In this document: piece after piece, positions 9,815 to 18,068 of the stretch
How positions within the stretch are numbered: the stretch's first letter is position 1
How the letters are laid out: each line of letters opens with the position of its first letter
Source: Coleofasciculus chthonoplastes F2-STO-03
GTDB lineage: Bacteria; Cyanobacteriota; Cyanobacteriia; Cyanobacteriales; Coleofasciculaceae
Direction: 5' to 3'
Length of the DNA: 31,267 nucleotides
Assembly (NCBI GenBank): GCA_040222015.1
Contig: JAVJWO010000208.1
Coordinates: 1-31,267 of the forward strand
Program-made: the position numbers and the translations under genes
Notes under the pieces: model-generated
Database searches by the model: none
Seen by the model: only the letters and a program-made list of their open reading frames with translations
Told to the model about the DNA's origin: nothing

Positions 9815-11647
9815 ATGGTGCTGGTTGTCCAAAAATACGGTGGAACCTCGGTGGGATCAGTTGAGCGGATTCAAACTGTTGCTCAACGTCTCTTAAAAAC
9901 AGTTCAAGCGGGTAACTCTTTAGTCGTCGTCGTGTCAGCGATGGGTAAAACCACCGATGGCTTAGTCAAACTGGCTCACGAAATTTCCGCCAATCCCAGC
10001 CGTCGGGAAATGGATATGTTACTCTCCACTGGCGAACAAGTCTCCATCGCCCTACTCGCGATGGCGTTGCAGGAAATAGGACAACCTGCAATTTCTCTGA
10101 CTGGCGCACAAGTCGGTATTGTCACGGAAGCCCAATATAGCCGCGCCCGAATTTTTAGTATTCACACCGAACGCATTTCTCGGCATATCAACGAGGGTAA
10201 CGTGGTAGTTGTAGCAGGGTTTCAAGGAATCAGTAGTATGACTGACTTAGAGATTACCACTTTGGGACGCGGCGGATCAGATACCTCAGCCGTGGCGTTA
10301 GCGGCATCATTAGGGGCAGATCGGTGTGAGATTTACACGGATGTTCCGGGGATTTTAACCGCCGATCCGCGCTTAGTCTCCGATGCTCAACTCATGGACG
10401 AGATTACCTGCGATGAGATGCTGGAATTAGCAAGCTTAGGGGCGAAGGTGCTGCATCCGCGTGCGGTGGAAATTGCTCGCAATTACGGGATGCCCTTGGT
10501 TGTATTATCCAGTTGGACGGATGATCCGGGGACGAAGGTGATTTCTCCTACGCCACAACCCCGTTCGTTAGATGATTTAGAAATAGCTCGATCAGTGGAT
10601 GCGGTAGAATTTGATACCGATCAGGCAAAAGTGGCAATGCTGCGGGTTCCCGATCATCCCGGTGTCGCCGCCCAATTATTTGGAGAGATTGCGGGTCAAG
10701 ATTTGGATGTGGATTTAATTATCCAGTCGATTCACGAGGGGAATACGAATGATATTGCCTTTAGTGTAAGTAAGGGTATTCTCAAACGGGCTGAAGCCGT
10801 GGCAGAAGCGATCGCGCCCGCTTTCCGTAGCCCCACTAATCCCAGTGATGATGAGGCGGAAGTCTTAGTGGAATCAAATATCGCCAAAATCGCGATCGCG
10901 GGGGCGGGGATGATTGGACATCCGGGTATTGCGGCGCAAATGTTCACCACTTTGGCAAATACGGGAATCAATATTCAGATGATTTCCACCTCAGAGGTGA
11001 AAGTAAGCTGTGTGATTGATGCGGCTGATTGTAATCGTGCGATCGCGGTTTTGTGTGACCAGTTTAAGATTAAGAGTTCCCCTGCCCGTTTACCGATTTC
11101 TGATAATGTAGAGACGCGCCATGGCGCGTCTCTACATTCAAACCCCGTCCGAGGGGTTGCCCTTGACCAAAATCAAGCCCGTTTAGCCATTCGTTATGTT
11201 CCTGATCGTCCAGGTATGGCAGCTCGCATATTTAGTATCTTAGCCGAGCAAACCATTAGCGTGGATATGATTATTCAATCTCAGCGCTGTCGAGTAATTG
11301 ATGGAATTCCCACACGCGATATTGCCTTCACCGTCGCCCAAGCTGAGGCAGAAAATGCCCAGAAAATTCTCCAAGAGGCAGCACCTATTTTAGGATACGG
11401 CAAGGTTCTCCTGGATGCCGATATTGCTAAAGTCAGTATTGTGGGTGCAGGAATGATTGGACAACCCGGTGTAGCCGCGCGAATGTTTGCCGCCCTTTCT
11501 CAACACAAAATCAACATTCAAATGATTACCACGTCGGAAATAAAGATTAGTTGTGTAGTGAATAAAGAACAAGGGGTGACAGCATTACAAGCCATTCACC
11601 AGGCATTTGGTTTAGCCGGAAATCAGCAAGTTGAAGTTCCCACATAG
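9815..11647 (+). CDS. lysC: Aspartate kinase (cyanobacterial four-ACT-domain type)
   Basis: VVQKYGGTSV, TTLGRGGSDTSA, DVPGILTADPR; repeated ACT units (IQMISTSEVKVS / IQMITTSEIKIS). Confidence 0.97.
   Translation: MVLVVQKYGGTSVGSVERIQTVAQRLLKTVQAGNSLVVVVSAMGKTTDGLVKLAHEISANPSRREMDMLLSTGEQVSIALLAMALQEIGQPAISLTGAQVGIVTEAQYSRARIFSIHTERISRHINEGNVVVVAGFQGISSMTDLEITTLGRGGSDTSAVALAASLGADRCEIYTDVPGILTADPRLVSDAQLMDEITCDEMLELASLGAKVLHPRAVEIARNYGMPLVVLSSWTDDPGTKVISPTPQPRSLDDLEIARSVDAVEFDTDQAKVAMLRVPDHPGVAAQLFGEIAGQDLDVDLIIQSIHEGNTNDIAFSVSKGILKRAEAVAEAIAPAFRSPTNPSDDEAEVLVESNIAKIAIAGAGMIGHPGIAAQMFTTLANTGINIQMISTSEVKVSCVIDAADCNRAIAVLCDQFKIKSSPARLPISDNVETRHGASLHSNPVRGVALDQNQARLAIRYVPDRPGMAARIFSILAEQTISVDMIIQSQRCRVIDGIPTRDIAFTVAQAEAENAQKILQEAAPILGYGKVLLDADIAKVSIVGAGMIGQPGVAARMFAALSQHKINIQMITTSEIKISCVVNKEQGVTALQAIHQAFGLAGNQQVEVPT
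11105..11138. repeat. Perfect 34-nt palindromic GTAG-type REP inside lysC, in frame
   Basis: AATGTAGAGACGCGCCATGGCGCGTCTCTACATT is its own reverse complement and translates as NVETRHGASLH in the inter-ACT linker. Confidence 0.9.
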
Positions 11648-11889
11648 GAGTGTCCATTAATTCTTACTAATGATTCTCTTAGTACATTGATATCGTAGGC
11701 TTGGAGTTGTCCAAGTTTCCTCAAAACCAGGGTTCTCTCAACTGTCGTAACGATCGCTTTTACCAGGAGGCAAGTCGCGGATTTTTTTAATTAGCGTTTG
11801 TTCAAAAGAATTGAGGATAACTGTATTATTCATACTTTGAGTATAGTTTGTATGGCTTATTTTAGCATCTCAGACAAAAAGCGAGTTAC

Positions 11890-13179
11890 TCAAGGCTTTT
11901 GATCTAAACGAATCGCCCGCTCCAACGCCGTTTTTTCTCTTGACCGACGAACATAAGGCTCTAATTCTTTGACATCTAAACCGCTTAAAATACTCAAATC
12001 CTCCACATTCATCCCTCTCATTAGCATTTCCACACACCATGTCTGTCGCGCTTGCTCAATTGAGGGAGATGGCGTTTCCAACTCAGAGGTAAAGTTACGC
12101 CATGCAACTCTTAATTCTGCCACAGACATCCGTTCCAAGGCTTCATTAACAAACAAGGGTGAGCGATCATCTTTACGACTTTTGAGCCATTGGTTTAAGG
12201 GATTGCGGGTGTAAGAACCATAGCGCTTACCCATAATCCACTGATTTACAGGGACTTGGCGCACGTTACCTTGAGTCACTTGCAATAAGTGTCTGTGAGT
12301 GTCACTAATTTGGTGCGATCGCTCTAAGGCAATAATTTCTTCTATCCGCAACCCCGCACCAAAGAGGACATAGGCGATAGCATAATCCCGTAATCCGCTT
12401 TTTTTGGCTTGTTGCAAAATGTCATGAACTAACGATGCGGGTAAATCGGCTACAGTCTCAGAGGAGATCACCGGAGAAGGCGCATTTGGTGAAGAATTGG
12501 TTACAGGCGGGCGCACTGTCTCCCCTGTGTCGCCGCTTCCCGGTTCTTCCTCCGCCTCTTCCCGTCTCTGTAGCTCTGTGTCTGCAAAAGCTCCGTGTAA
12601 GATGAGTTCGAGCAAACTTTGCAAAAACTCCTCCTGACTTTGCCACAGCTGGTGGAACTCGCTAGTTAGTTCAATCACCAGATACCCGAATAACATCACA
12701 TTAACCAAGCGGGCTAATTTTCCCGCCGACAATCGCAACACTAAGCGATCGCGTTGAATCACGGTGGTAAGATAATCAGCAAAGTCCAGGTTGGCTTGAG
12801 TAACCCCTTCTCCTAACGCCTGACGATGCTCAACCGTATATTTTCCTGACTCCCCAACCACAGAGCGCAGTAATTCGGGCATCTGTTTGAGAACCTGAAG
12901 GCGATCGCGTCCATAGTTGATCAGCGCCTGCTCAAATGTCGTTGTCTGATCGACTTGGGCTCTGAGTGATTCACCCAGACGGGTAAACACGCCAGAGTCT
13001 TCGATCACGGCTAAAAGCAATCCTTGTTTGTTACCAAAGTGACGGAACAGTGTGACTTCATTAACCTGGGCTAATTCAGCAATCTGACGTGTGGTTGTCT
13101 CAGTAACCCCCTGAACGGTAAACAACTCAAGCGCTGCTTGAATTAAACGCGCTCGTGTTGTAGAACTGGTACGAGACAT
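11890..13179 (-). CDS. TetR-family regulator fused to a C-terminal tyrosine-recombinase-like domain
   Basis: N-terminal TetR HTH (RARLIQAALELF...TTTRQIAELAQVNEVTLFRHFGNKQGLL). C-terminal RDYAIAYVLFGAGLRIEEIIAL (integrase box I) and QARQTWCVEML...LSG...PY (degenerate box II). Confidence 0.85.
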   Translation of the reverse strand: MSRTSSTTRARLIQAALELFTVQGVTETTTRQIAELAQVNEVTLFRHFGNKQGLLLAVIEDSGVFTRLGESLRAQVDQTTTFEQALINYGRDRLQVLKQMPELLRSVVGESGKYTVEHRQALGEGVTQANLDFADYLTTVIQRDRLVLRLSAGKLARLVNVMLFGYLVIELTSEFHQLWQSQEEFLQSLLELILHGAFADTELQRREEAEEEPGSGDTGETVRPPVTNSSPNAPSPVISSETVADLPASLVHDILQQAKKSGLRDYAIAYVLFGAGLRIEEIIALERSHQISDTHRHLLQVTQGNVRQVPVNQWIMGKRYGSYTRNPLNQWLKSRKDDRSPLFVNEALERMSVAELRVAWRNFTSELETPSPSIEQARQTWCVEMLMRGMNVEDLSILSGLDVKELEPYVRRSREKTALERAIRLDQKP

Positions 13180-13189
13180 AGTTTAACAA

Positions 13190-13258
13190 TGTAAGTGATA
13201 CTTGCATTTTGATGGAGTAGTGGTTAAGCTGATGGTATAAGTGTAAGTAAAACTTGCA
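13190..13258. promoter_or_regulatory. Two copies of an imperfect palindrome TGTAAGT-N3-ACTTGCA; probable TetR operators in the divergent promoter
   Basis: TGTAAGTgatACTTGCA (13190-13206) and TGTAAGTaaaACTTGCA (13242-13258); a -10-like TGgTATAAG lies at 13233-13241. Confidence 0.75.
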
Positions 13259-13289
13259 CCTCAATTCCTACTGTAACGATTCTCAATAG

Positions 13290-14138
13290 ATGACTAATTC
13301 CTCAATCTCAGCGCCTCCTCAAAGTCGCGCTAATCTACCCTTCCATTGGCCCAGTCTGCTGTTTTTTGGCACAATTCACGCCTTGGCACTGCTGGCGCCC
13401 TGGTTTTTTTCATGGTCAGCCTTGGGAGTAATGATACTTCTCCACTGGCTCTTTGGCAGCATTGGCATTTGTTTAGCCTATCATCGGCTTTTGACCCATC
13501 GGAGTCTTCAAGTGCCTAAGTGGTTAGAATATATCCTGACCACCATCGGTGCTGTAGCTCTCCAAGGAGGACCAATCTTTTGGGTAGCAGGACACCGTCA
13601 GCACCATGCTCACCCTGATGATGCAAACAAAGACCCTTACTCAGCACGAAATGGGTTTTGGTGGAGTCACATGCTTTGGCTGTTCTATCATAAGCCCGAA
13701 TTTTTTGATTACGACGTATATCAAAAATACGCTCCTGATATCGCTAGAGATCCTTATTATCGCTGGTTAGATCGCTATTTCTTATTGTTACAACTTCCGC
13801 TGGGTCTATTGCTTTACGTCGTCGGGGGATGGCAATTTGTATTCTGGGGTGTCTTTGTCCGAGCTGTACTACTGTGGCACAGCACCTGGTTAATTAATTC
13901 TGCCACTCACCTGCGCGGTTATCAGACTTATGAAGTTAATGATGGGTCTCGCAATCTCTGGTGGGCAGCTATCTTAACCTACGGAGAAGGTTGGCATAAC
14001 AATCACCACGCTCATCCCAATGTTGCTCCGGCTGGACGTAAATGGTGGGAAATCGATATGACGTGGTGGGCAATTCAAATCCTGCAAGGAGTAGGTTTAG
14101 CAAAAAAAGTCGTCCTCCCGCCTAAAAAGACAGCTTAG
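13290..14138 (+). CDS. desC: Delta-9-type acyl-lipid/acyl-CoA desaturase (DesC-like)
   Basis: Three His boxes HRLLTH, HRQHH, HNNHH; GEGWHNNHH and WWEID motifs; TM segments. Which DesC paralog it is cannot be determined here. Confidence 0.85.
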   Translation: MTNSSISAPPQSRANLPFHWPSLLFFGTIHALALLAPWFFSWSALGVMILLHWLFGSIGICLAYHRLLTHRSLQVPKWLEYILTTIGAVALQGGPIFWVAGHRQHHAHPDDANKDPYSARNGFWWSHMLWLFYHKPEFFDYDVYQKYAPDIARDPYYRWLDRYFLLLQLPLGLLLYVVGGWQFVFWGVFVRAVLLWHSTWLINSATHLRGYQTYEVNDGSRNLWWAAILTYGEGWHNNHHAHPNVAPAGRKWWEIDMTWWAIQILQGVGLAKKVVLPPKKTA

Positions 14139-14189
14139 TCAAGCTCTGGTGGGAATTTAAAAGTATGACGGTATGTGACGCAACGTTAG

Positions 14190-14219
14190 TGTAGAGACGT
14201 TGCATGCAACGTCTCTACA
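14190..14219. repeat. Palindromic GTAG-type REP downstream of desaturase (possible RNA stabiliser or terminator)
   Basis: TGTAGAGACGTTGCATGCAACGTCTCTACA, a perfect palindrome of the same family as 11105-11138. Confidence 0.85.
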
Positions 14220-14544
14220 ACTATCAAAAAGGTTTTCACTCCTAACCCGGTTTCTATGAATACTTGACCGACGGGTTGTTTTGTATAGAAATATTAAAGT
14301 TTATTTATTAGGATTGCGTGTTGCTTTCAAACATGGAAAAATATACACATTGTTTTTGACTTGATCACCGAGATAGCTATCACTATTAATCGGTCTGAAT
14401 TTGAGTCAATCAGCCCGACCCGGTTCATTCAAGTCTGAGAACCTAAAATAATAGATCCACGGGTTCCCACCAAAATTAACAACCTAACCCTATAGATTTC
14501 CACCCATTCAGGTAACAAATGTAATGACAACAACATAAACCCTG

Positions 14545-15855
14545 ATGTCGCAAGTCTATACCAAAGATTTTGAAATTCAATGTCCTCCCCAACAACGCAG
14601 TTGGAGAAAAATTGCACAAGAAATTGGCAATCTTCCTTTACCTGGTGTTCCGATTCGCTTGATTTTAACCAAGGTTGACGGAGATACGCTCACCTTTGAA
14701 TCCAGCTTTATCGAGACGGATAGAGAGCCGGTTTGGTCATCATTACTTGATATTAATCTGCGTCAACGGGTTTCTGCCCAACCCTTTGTCGCCGTGAGTA
14801 TTATTCCGACAGGCGTTAGAGCCGAAATTGGCGGTTTTGCTGGAGATGCGACTCCGAGTACGAATCTTTTAGCGGCGGCTTGTGATTATCTGGTGACTAA
14901 TCCCAATGCTGTAACCGCATCGGATATCTATTTGGCTCAGGATAATGTGCTTTACCTGGAGGGGAATCTGATTTGTCAGTTACTACTAGGTAATATTGGC
15001 GTGATCCCACAGAAGCGCAACACTATCGCCGCGATTATTGAGAAGCCACGAGATCAGCGATTTTTAAACAATGTTCTTAATGCTCTCAATGGCTTGCGGG
15101 CTGTGGGCGGAATTAATATTGATCCGGTTGTTGTCACCGGTGGGGCAGTGGAAACTGCTTGTACCTATTCCCCGTATGGTAATGCTTCTGGGGAATTTAA
15201 CGGGATGGAGGAGTTGATCAAGGCGTTAGATGTGGTGGAAACGTCTTCCGCTAGAGCGGTGGCGTTAATCACGACGTTGCACGTTGATGATCAAGTGCGT
15301 CAAGCCTACTACCAAGGAGAGTCTATTCCCAATCCTTGGGGTGGTGCGGAAGCGATTATGACTCATCTGACAACTAATTTCTATCCGTTTACGGCTGCCC
15401 ATGCCCCTTTATTATTGGAGTGGGAACATACGGGATTTGGTAAATTAGTCGATCCCAGAGATGGTGCTGAATTAATTTCTAGTGCTTATGTTTGTTCGCC
15501 TTTACAGGGTTTAATTAATTCTCCCCGCCCGGTAAGGTTTGATACCCCCGTAGCCCCAGGGGAAACCCGCATATCTGTAGAGAATGTTTCGGCGGTAGTG
15601 ATGCCAGAAACAACTGTGGGGAATATCCCTTTCTTGGCGTCGTTAGACCAAGGTGTGCCGATAATCTTAGTCAAAGATAATCCCACCAAGTACGATATTA
15701 CCCCGGAACGGTTGCAAATTGAGACCCAAGGCAGAAAAATATATCGTGTCAATAGCTACATGGAGGCTTCGGGATTGCTGTTAGCGTTACGGAATGGTAT
15801 TGCCGTTGAGAGTATAACTCGTCCGCTCCCACAAATTGAGCCAATTTTCTTGTAG
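14545..15855 (+). CDS. DUF3326-family protein with about 80-aa N-terminal extension; first gene of biosynthetic operon
   Basis: IIPTGVRAEIGGFAGDA, TNPNAV, LYLEGN, PWGGAEA, AHAP, VDPR..AE motifs, recalled as DUF3326. Confidence 0.75.
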   Translation: MSQVYTKDFEIQCPPQQRSWRKIAQEIGNLPLPGVPIRLILTKVDGDTLTFESSFIETDREPVWSSLLDINLRQRVSAQPFVAVSIIPTGVRAEIGGFAGDATPSTNLLAAACDYLVTNPNAVTASDIYLAQDNVLYLEGNLICQLLLGNIGVIPQKRNTIAAIIEKPRDQRFLNNVLNALNGLRAVGGINIDPVVVTGGAVETACTYSPYGNASGEFNGMEELIKALDVVETSSARAVALITTLHVDDQVRQAYYQGESIPNPWGGAEAIMTHLTTNFYPFTAAHAPLLLEWEHTGFGKLVDPRDGAELISSAYVCSPLQGLINSPRPVRFDTPVAPGETRISVENVSAVVMPETTVGNIPFLASLDQGVPIILVKDNPTKYDITPERLQIETQGRKIYRVNSYMEASGLLLALRNGIAVESITRPLPQIEPIFL

Positions 15856-15902
15856 CCAAGGCTGAAACTTGATCTTGGAGAAAGCTTAGAGGAGTAAGTT
15901 TC

Positions 15903-17087
15903 TTGAATTGTACGGAAAAATCCCAATTATCTTCATCTGACAACCTTCAAATTCAATCTTGGCAAACTGGAGACAAGGGAATCGAAGTGGATTATGTCTC
16001 TGGAGTCACCAATACTTTAAATAGGGTAAGCTTGCCGTGGATGTGGCTGCGAGATCACTGTCAATGTAGTTCCTGTTTCACCTCTACGGCACAGAGAGAA
16101 TGTGATGTATTCATTGGCTGGGATAAATTTAGATGGGAGGAAGTCTTTGTCGATACCGATCCCGCCGGGCTGATTATTCAATGGCAGGATAATCACAAAA
16201 GTTACTTTTCTTCCGATTTGCTATGGAAAATGCTCAACATTGAGAACTCCGTAGCCGTCGATGAACGAACATACTGGACGAATGATTTACCCAGTCTTGA
16301 TTATCGAAATGTCCTGGATACAGATATCGGATTAAGACAGTTGGTTGAATATGTCGCACAAGTCGGAGTATGTAAAGTTACGGGTGCTAAGCCGAGTAAA
16401 GCTGACGCGGCTAAACTTATGCAGAGAGTTGCCTATCTTCGGCAGAGTCATTTTGGCAATCTCGTCGAAATTAAGCCATCAAGTCATTCCGGCTATGATG
16501 AAACACATATTCATACCGAGGGAACGTTTAATTACGATCCTCCAGGGATTAAATTAGTTCAATGCCTGGACAAAAATACTTCCCCCTGCGAACTAATTTT
16601 GGTAGACGGGCTGGTGCTTGTTGACAGAATTAAACGTGAAGCACCGCAGACTCTAGGTTTATTACAAAATCATCGGGTGTCTTATCAGTACCTGAATCAG
16701 GATATTAATTTGATTGCTTCCGATTCGGTTGTCACCCTAGATCGGTATAATCGACTCAAGCGTATCCGCTACAATCGGAAAACCCAAGGTTCTTTTTCCG
16801 AGCCGGATTTAGCCAAAAAACAAGCGTTTACAGCCGCTTTTGAGCAGTTTGAGGCATGGCTAGATGAGGAATCTCAACAGCGAAAACTCAGCTTGAATCC
16901 AGGAGAAATGGTGCTGTGGGATAATTGGCGTGTCTTGCATGGTGGCGGCGCGATGGATGGCACTCATCACCTTGCCGTTTGCCTGTCAAATATGGAAGAT
17001 TTCCATAGTCGTCGGCGCGTAATTCAGACTAAATCCGATCAACGTCCTGTTCCCCTGGCTCGTGAAAAAAAGGGAGTTAAACCATGA
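15903..17087 (+). CDS. Gamma-butyrobetaine/trimethyllysine hydroxylase-like TauD/TfdA Fe(II)/2OG dioxygenase with N-terminal Zn domain; atypical active site
   Basis: WLRDHCQCSSC and WQDNHKSYF (GBBH-like N domain), HTEGT, WDNWRVLHGG; TTG start with GAGGAG RBS at 15889-15894. Confidence 0.85.
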   Translation: MNCTEKSQLSSSDNLQIQSWQTGDKGIEVDYVSGVTNTLNRVSLPWMWLRDHCQCSSCFTSTAQRECDVFIGWDKFRWEEVFVDTDPAGLIIQWQDNHKSYFSSDLLWKMLNIENSVAVDERTYWTNDLPSLDYRNVLDTDIGLRQLVEYVAQVGVCKVTGAKPSKADAAKLMQRVAYLRQSHFGNLVEIKPSSHSGYDETHIHTEGTFNYDPPGIKLVQCLDKNTSPCELILVDGLVLVDRIKREAPQTLGLLQNHRVSYQYLNQDINLIASDSVVTLDRYNRLKRIRYNRKTQGSFSEPDLAKKQAFTAAFEQFEAWLDEESQQRKLSLNPGEMVLWDNWRVLHGGGAMDGTHHLAVCLSNMEDFHSRRRVIQTKSDQRPVPLAREKKGVKP

Positions 17088-17926
17088 CAAATTTAAGCAC
17101 GATTGACAAAGATTCGACGCGCCAAAATCTCATCCTCTGGACAGCTAATACATTTGCTAATGGGCTACCAACAGTCACTTTCAATGAAGTCATGACTGAA
17201 TCTAGGGGATTAAAAAAATGGTTAGAAAACATTGCCTGTTATGGTTTGGGCATGGTATCAAATACTCCACACAATCGTGAGTCAACCCGCGCCCTGGTTG
17301 AACGGGTAGCCTATATTCGGATGGATATTTTTGGCGGTTTGGCTGACTCCGATATGAGCGAACCCCATGCTGATAGCGCCTATGCCAATGGATATCTTGC
17401 TGCCCACACGGATGGAACTTATGCCTACGATCCGCCAGGACTGATTTTATTTCATGTTCTGGATCGCGATTATAGTGGGGGAGAGAGCATTTTCATTGAT
17501 GGCTTCTATGCGGCAGAAACTCTACGACAATTATCTCCTGACGCTTTCTCTTTGCTTACCCAGGTTGATATGCCAGGACATTACTTAGAAGTTGATACCC
17601 ATTTAGAAACAAGGCAACCTCTAATTCAACTTGATCCGGAAAACCAGGTTAAGCGAATTCGATTTAATCACATGGATCGCGCCCCGTTTTACTGGGGTGA
17701 AAAAACCACACAGGTCTATGAAGCGCTTTGGGAATGGCGTAAAATTATTGATGACCTAGCCAATCAATATCGCTTTCGTCTCACACCCGGAAATGTTCTC
17801 TTGTTTGACAACTGGCGTCTTTTGCATGGACGATTAGCTTATGTAGGGGAGCGGCGCATGGTAAACTGCTATTTGAACATGGAGGACTTTGAAAGCCGAC
17901 TGAGAGGACTTCGAGCAACTCTCTAG
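17084..17926 (+). CDS. TMLH/BBOX-like TauD/TfdA Fe(II)/2OG dioxygenase, catalytic domain only
   Basis: AHTDGTY..DPPG, GGES.FIDGF, FDNWRLLHGR, GERRM; ATGA overlap with the upstream paralog. Confidence 0.9.
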   Translation: MTNLSTIDKDSTRQNLILWTANTFANGLPTVTFNEVMTESRGLKKWLENIACYGLGMVSNTPHNRESTRALVERVAYIRMDIFGGLADSDMSEPHADSAYANGYLAAHTDGTYAYDPPGLILFHVLDRDYSGGESIFIDGFYAAETLRQLSPDAFSLLTQVDMPGHYLEVDTHLETRQPLIQLDPENQVKRIRFNHMDRAPFYWGEKTTQVYEALWEWRKIIDDLANQYRFRLTPGNVLLFDNWRLLHGRLAYVGERRMVNCYLNMEDFESRLRGLRATL

Positions 17927-18021
17927 AGCGTCGGTAAGCGTAACCAAAGTTAGTGGCTCTTAAGAAGTCAAAAGCCTGCCCTCTTTCCGAAGTGAAGGGT
18001 CAAAAGTCAAAATAGAGGAGA

Positions 18022-18068
18022 TAACAAATAACAAATGACAAATGACAAATAACAAATGACAAATGACA
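18022..18068. repeat. Heptamer tandem repeat (TAACAAA/TGACAAA)n overlapping the aldolase start
   Basis: About seven units running from just after GAGGAG (18015-18020) into the first codons of the aldolase. Confidence 0.85.
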
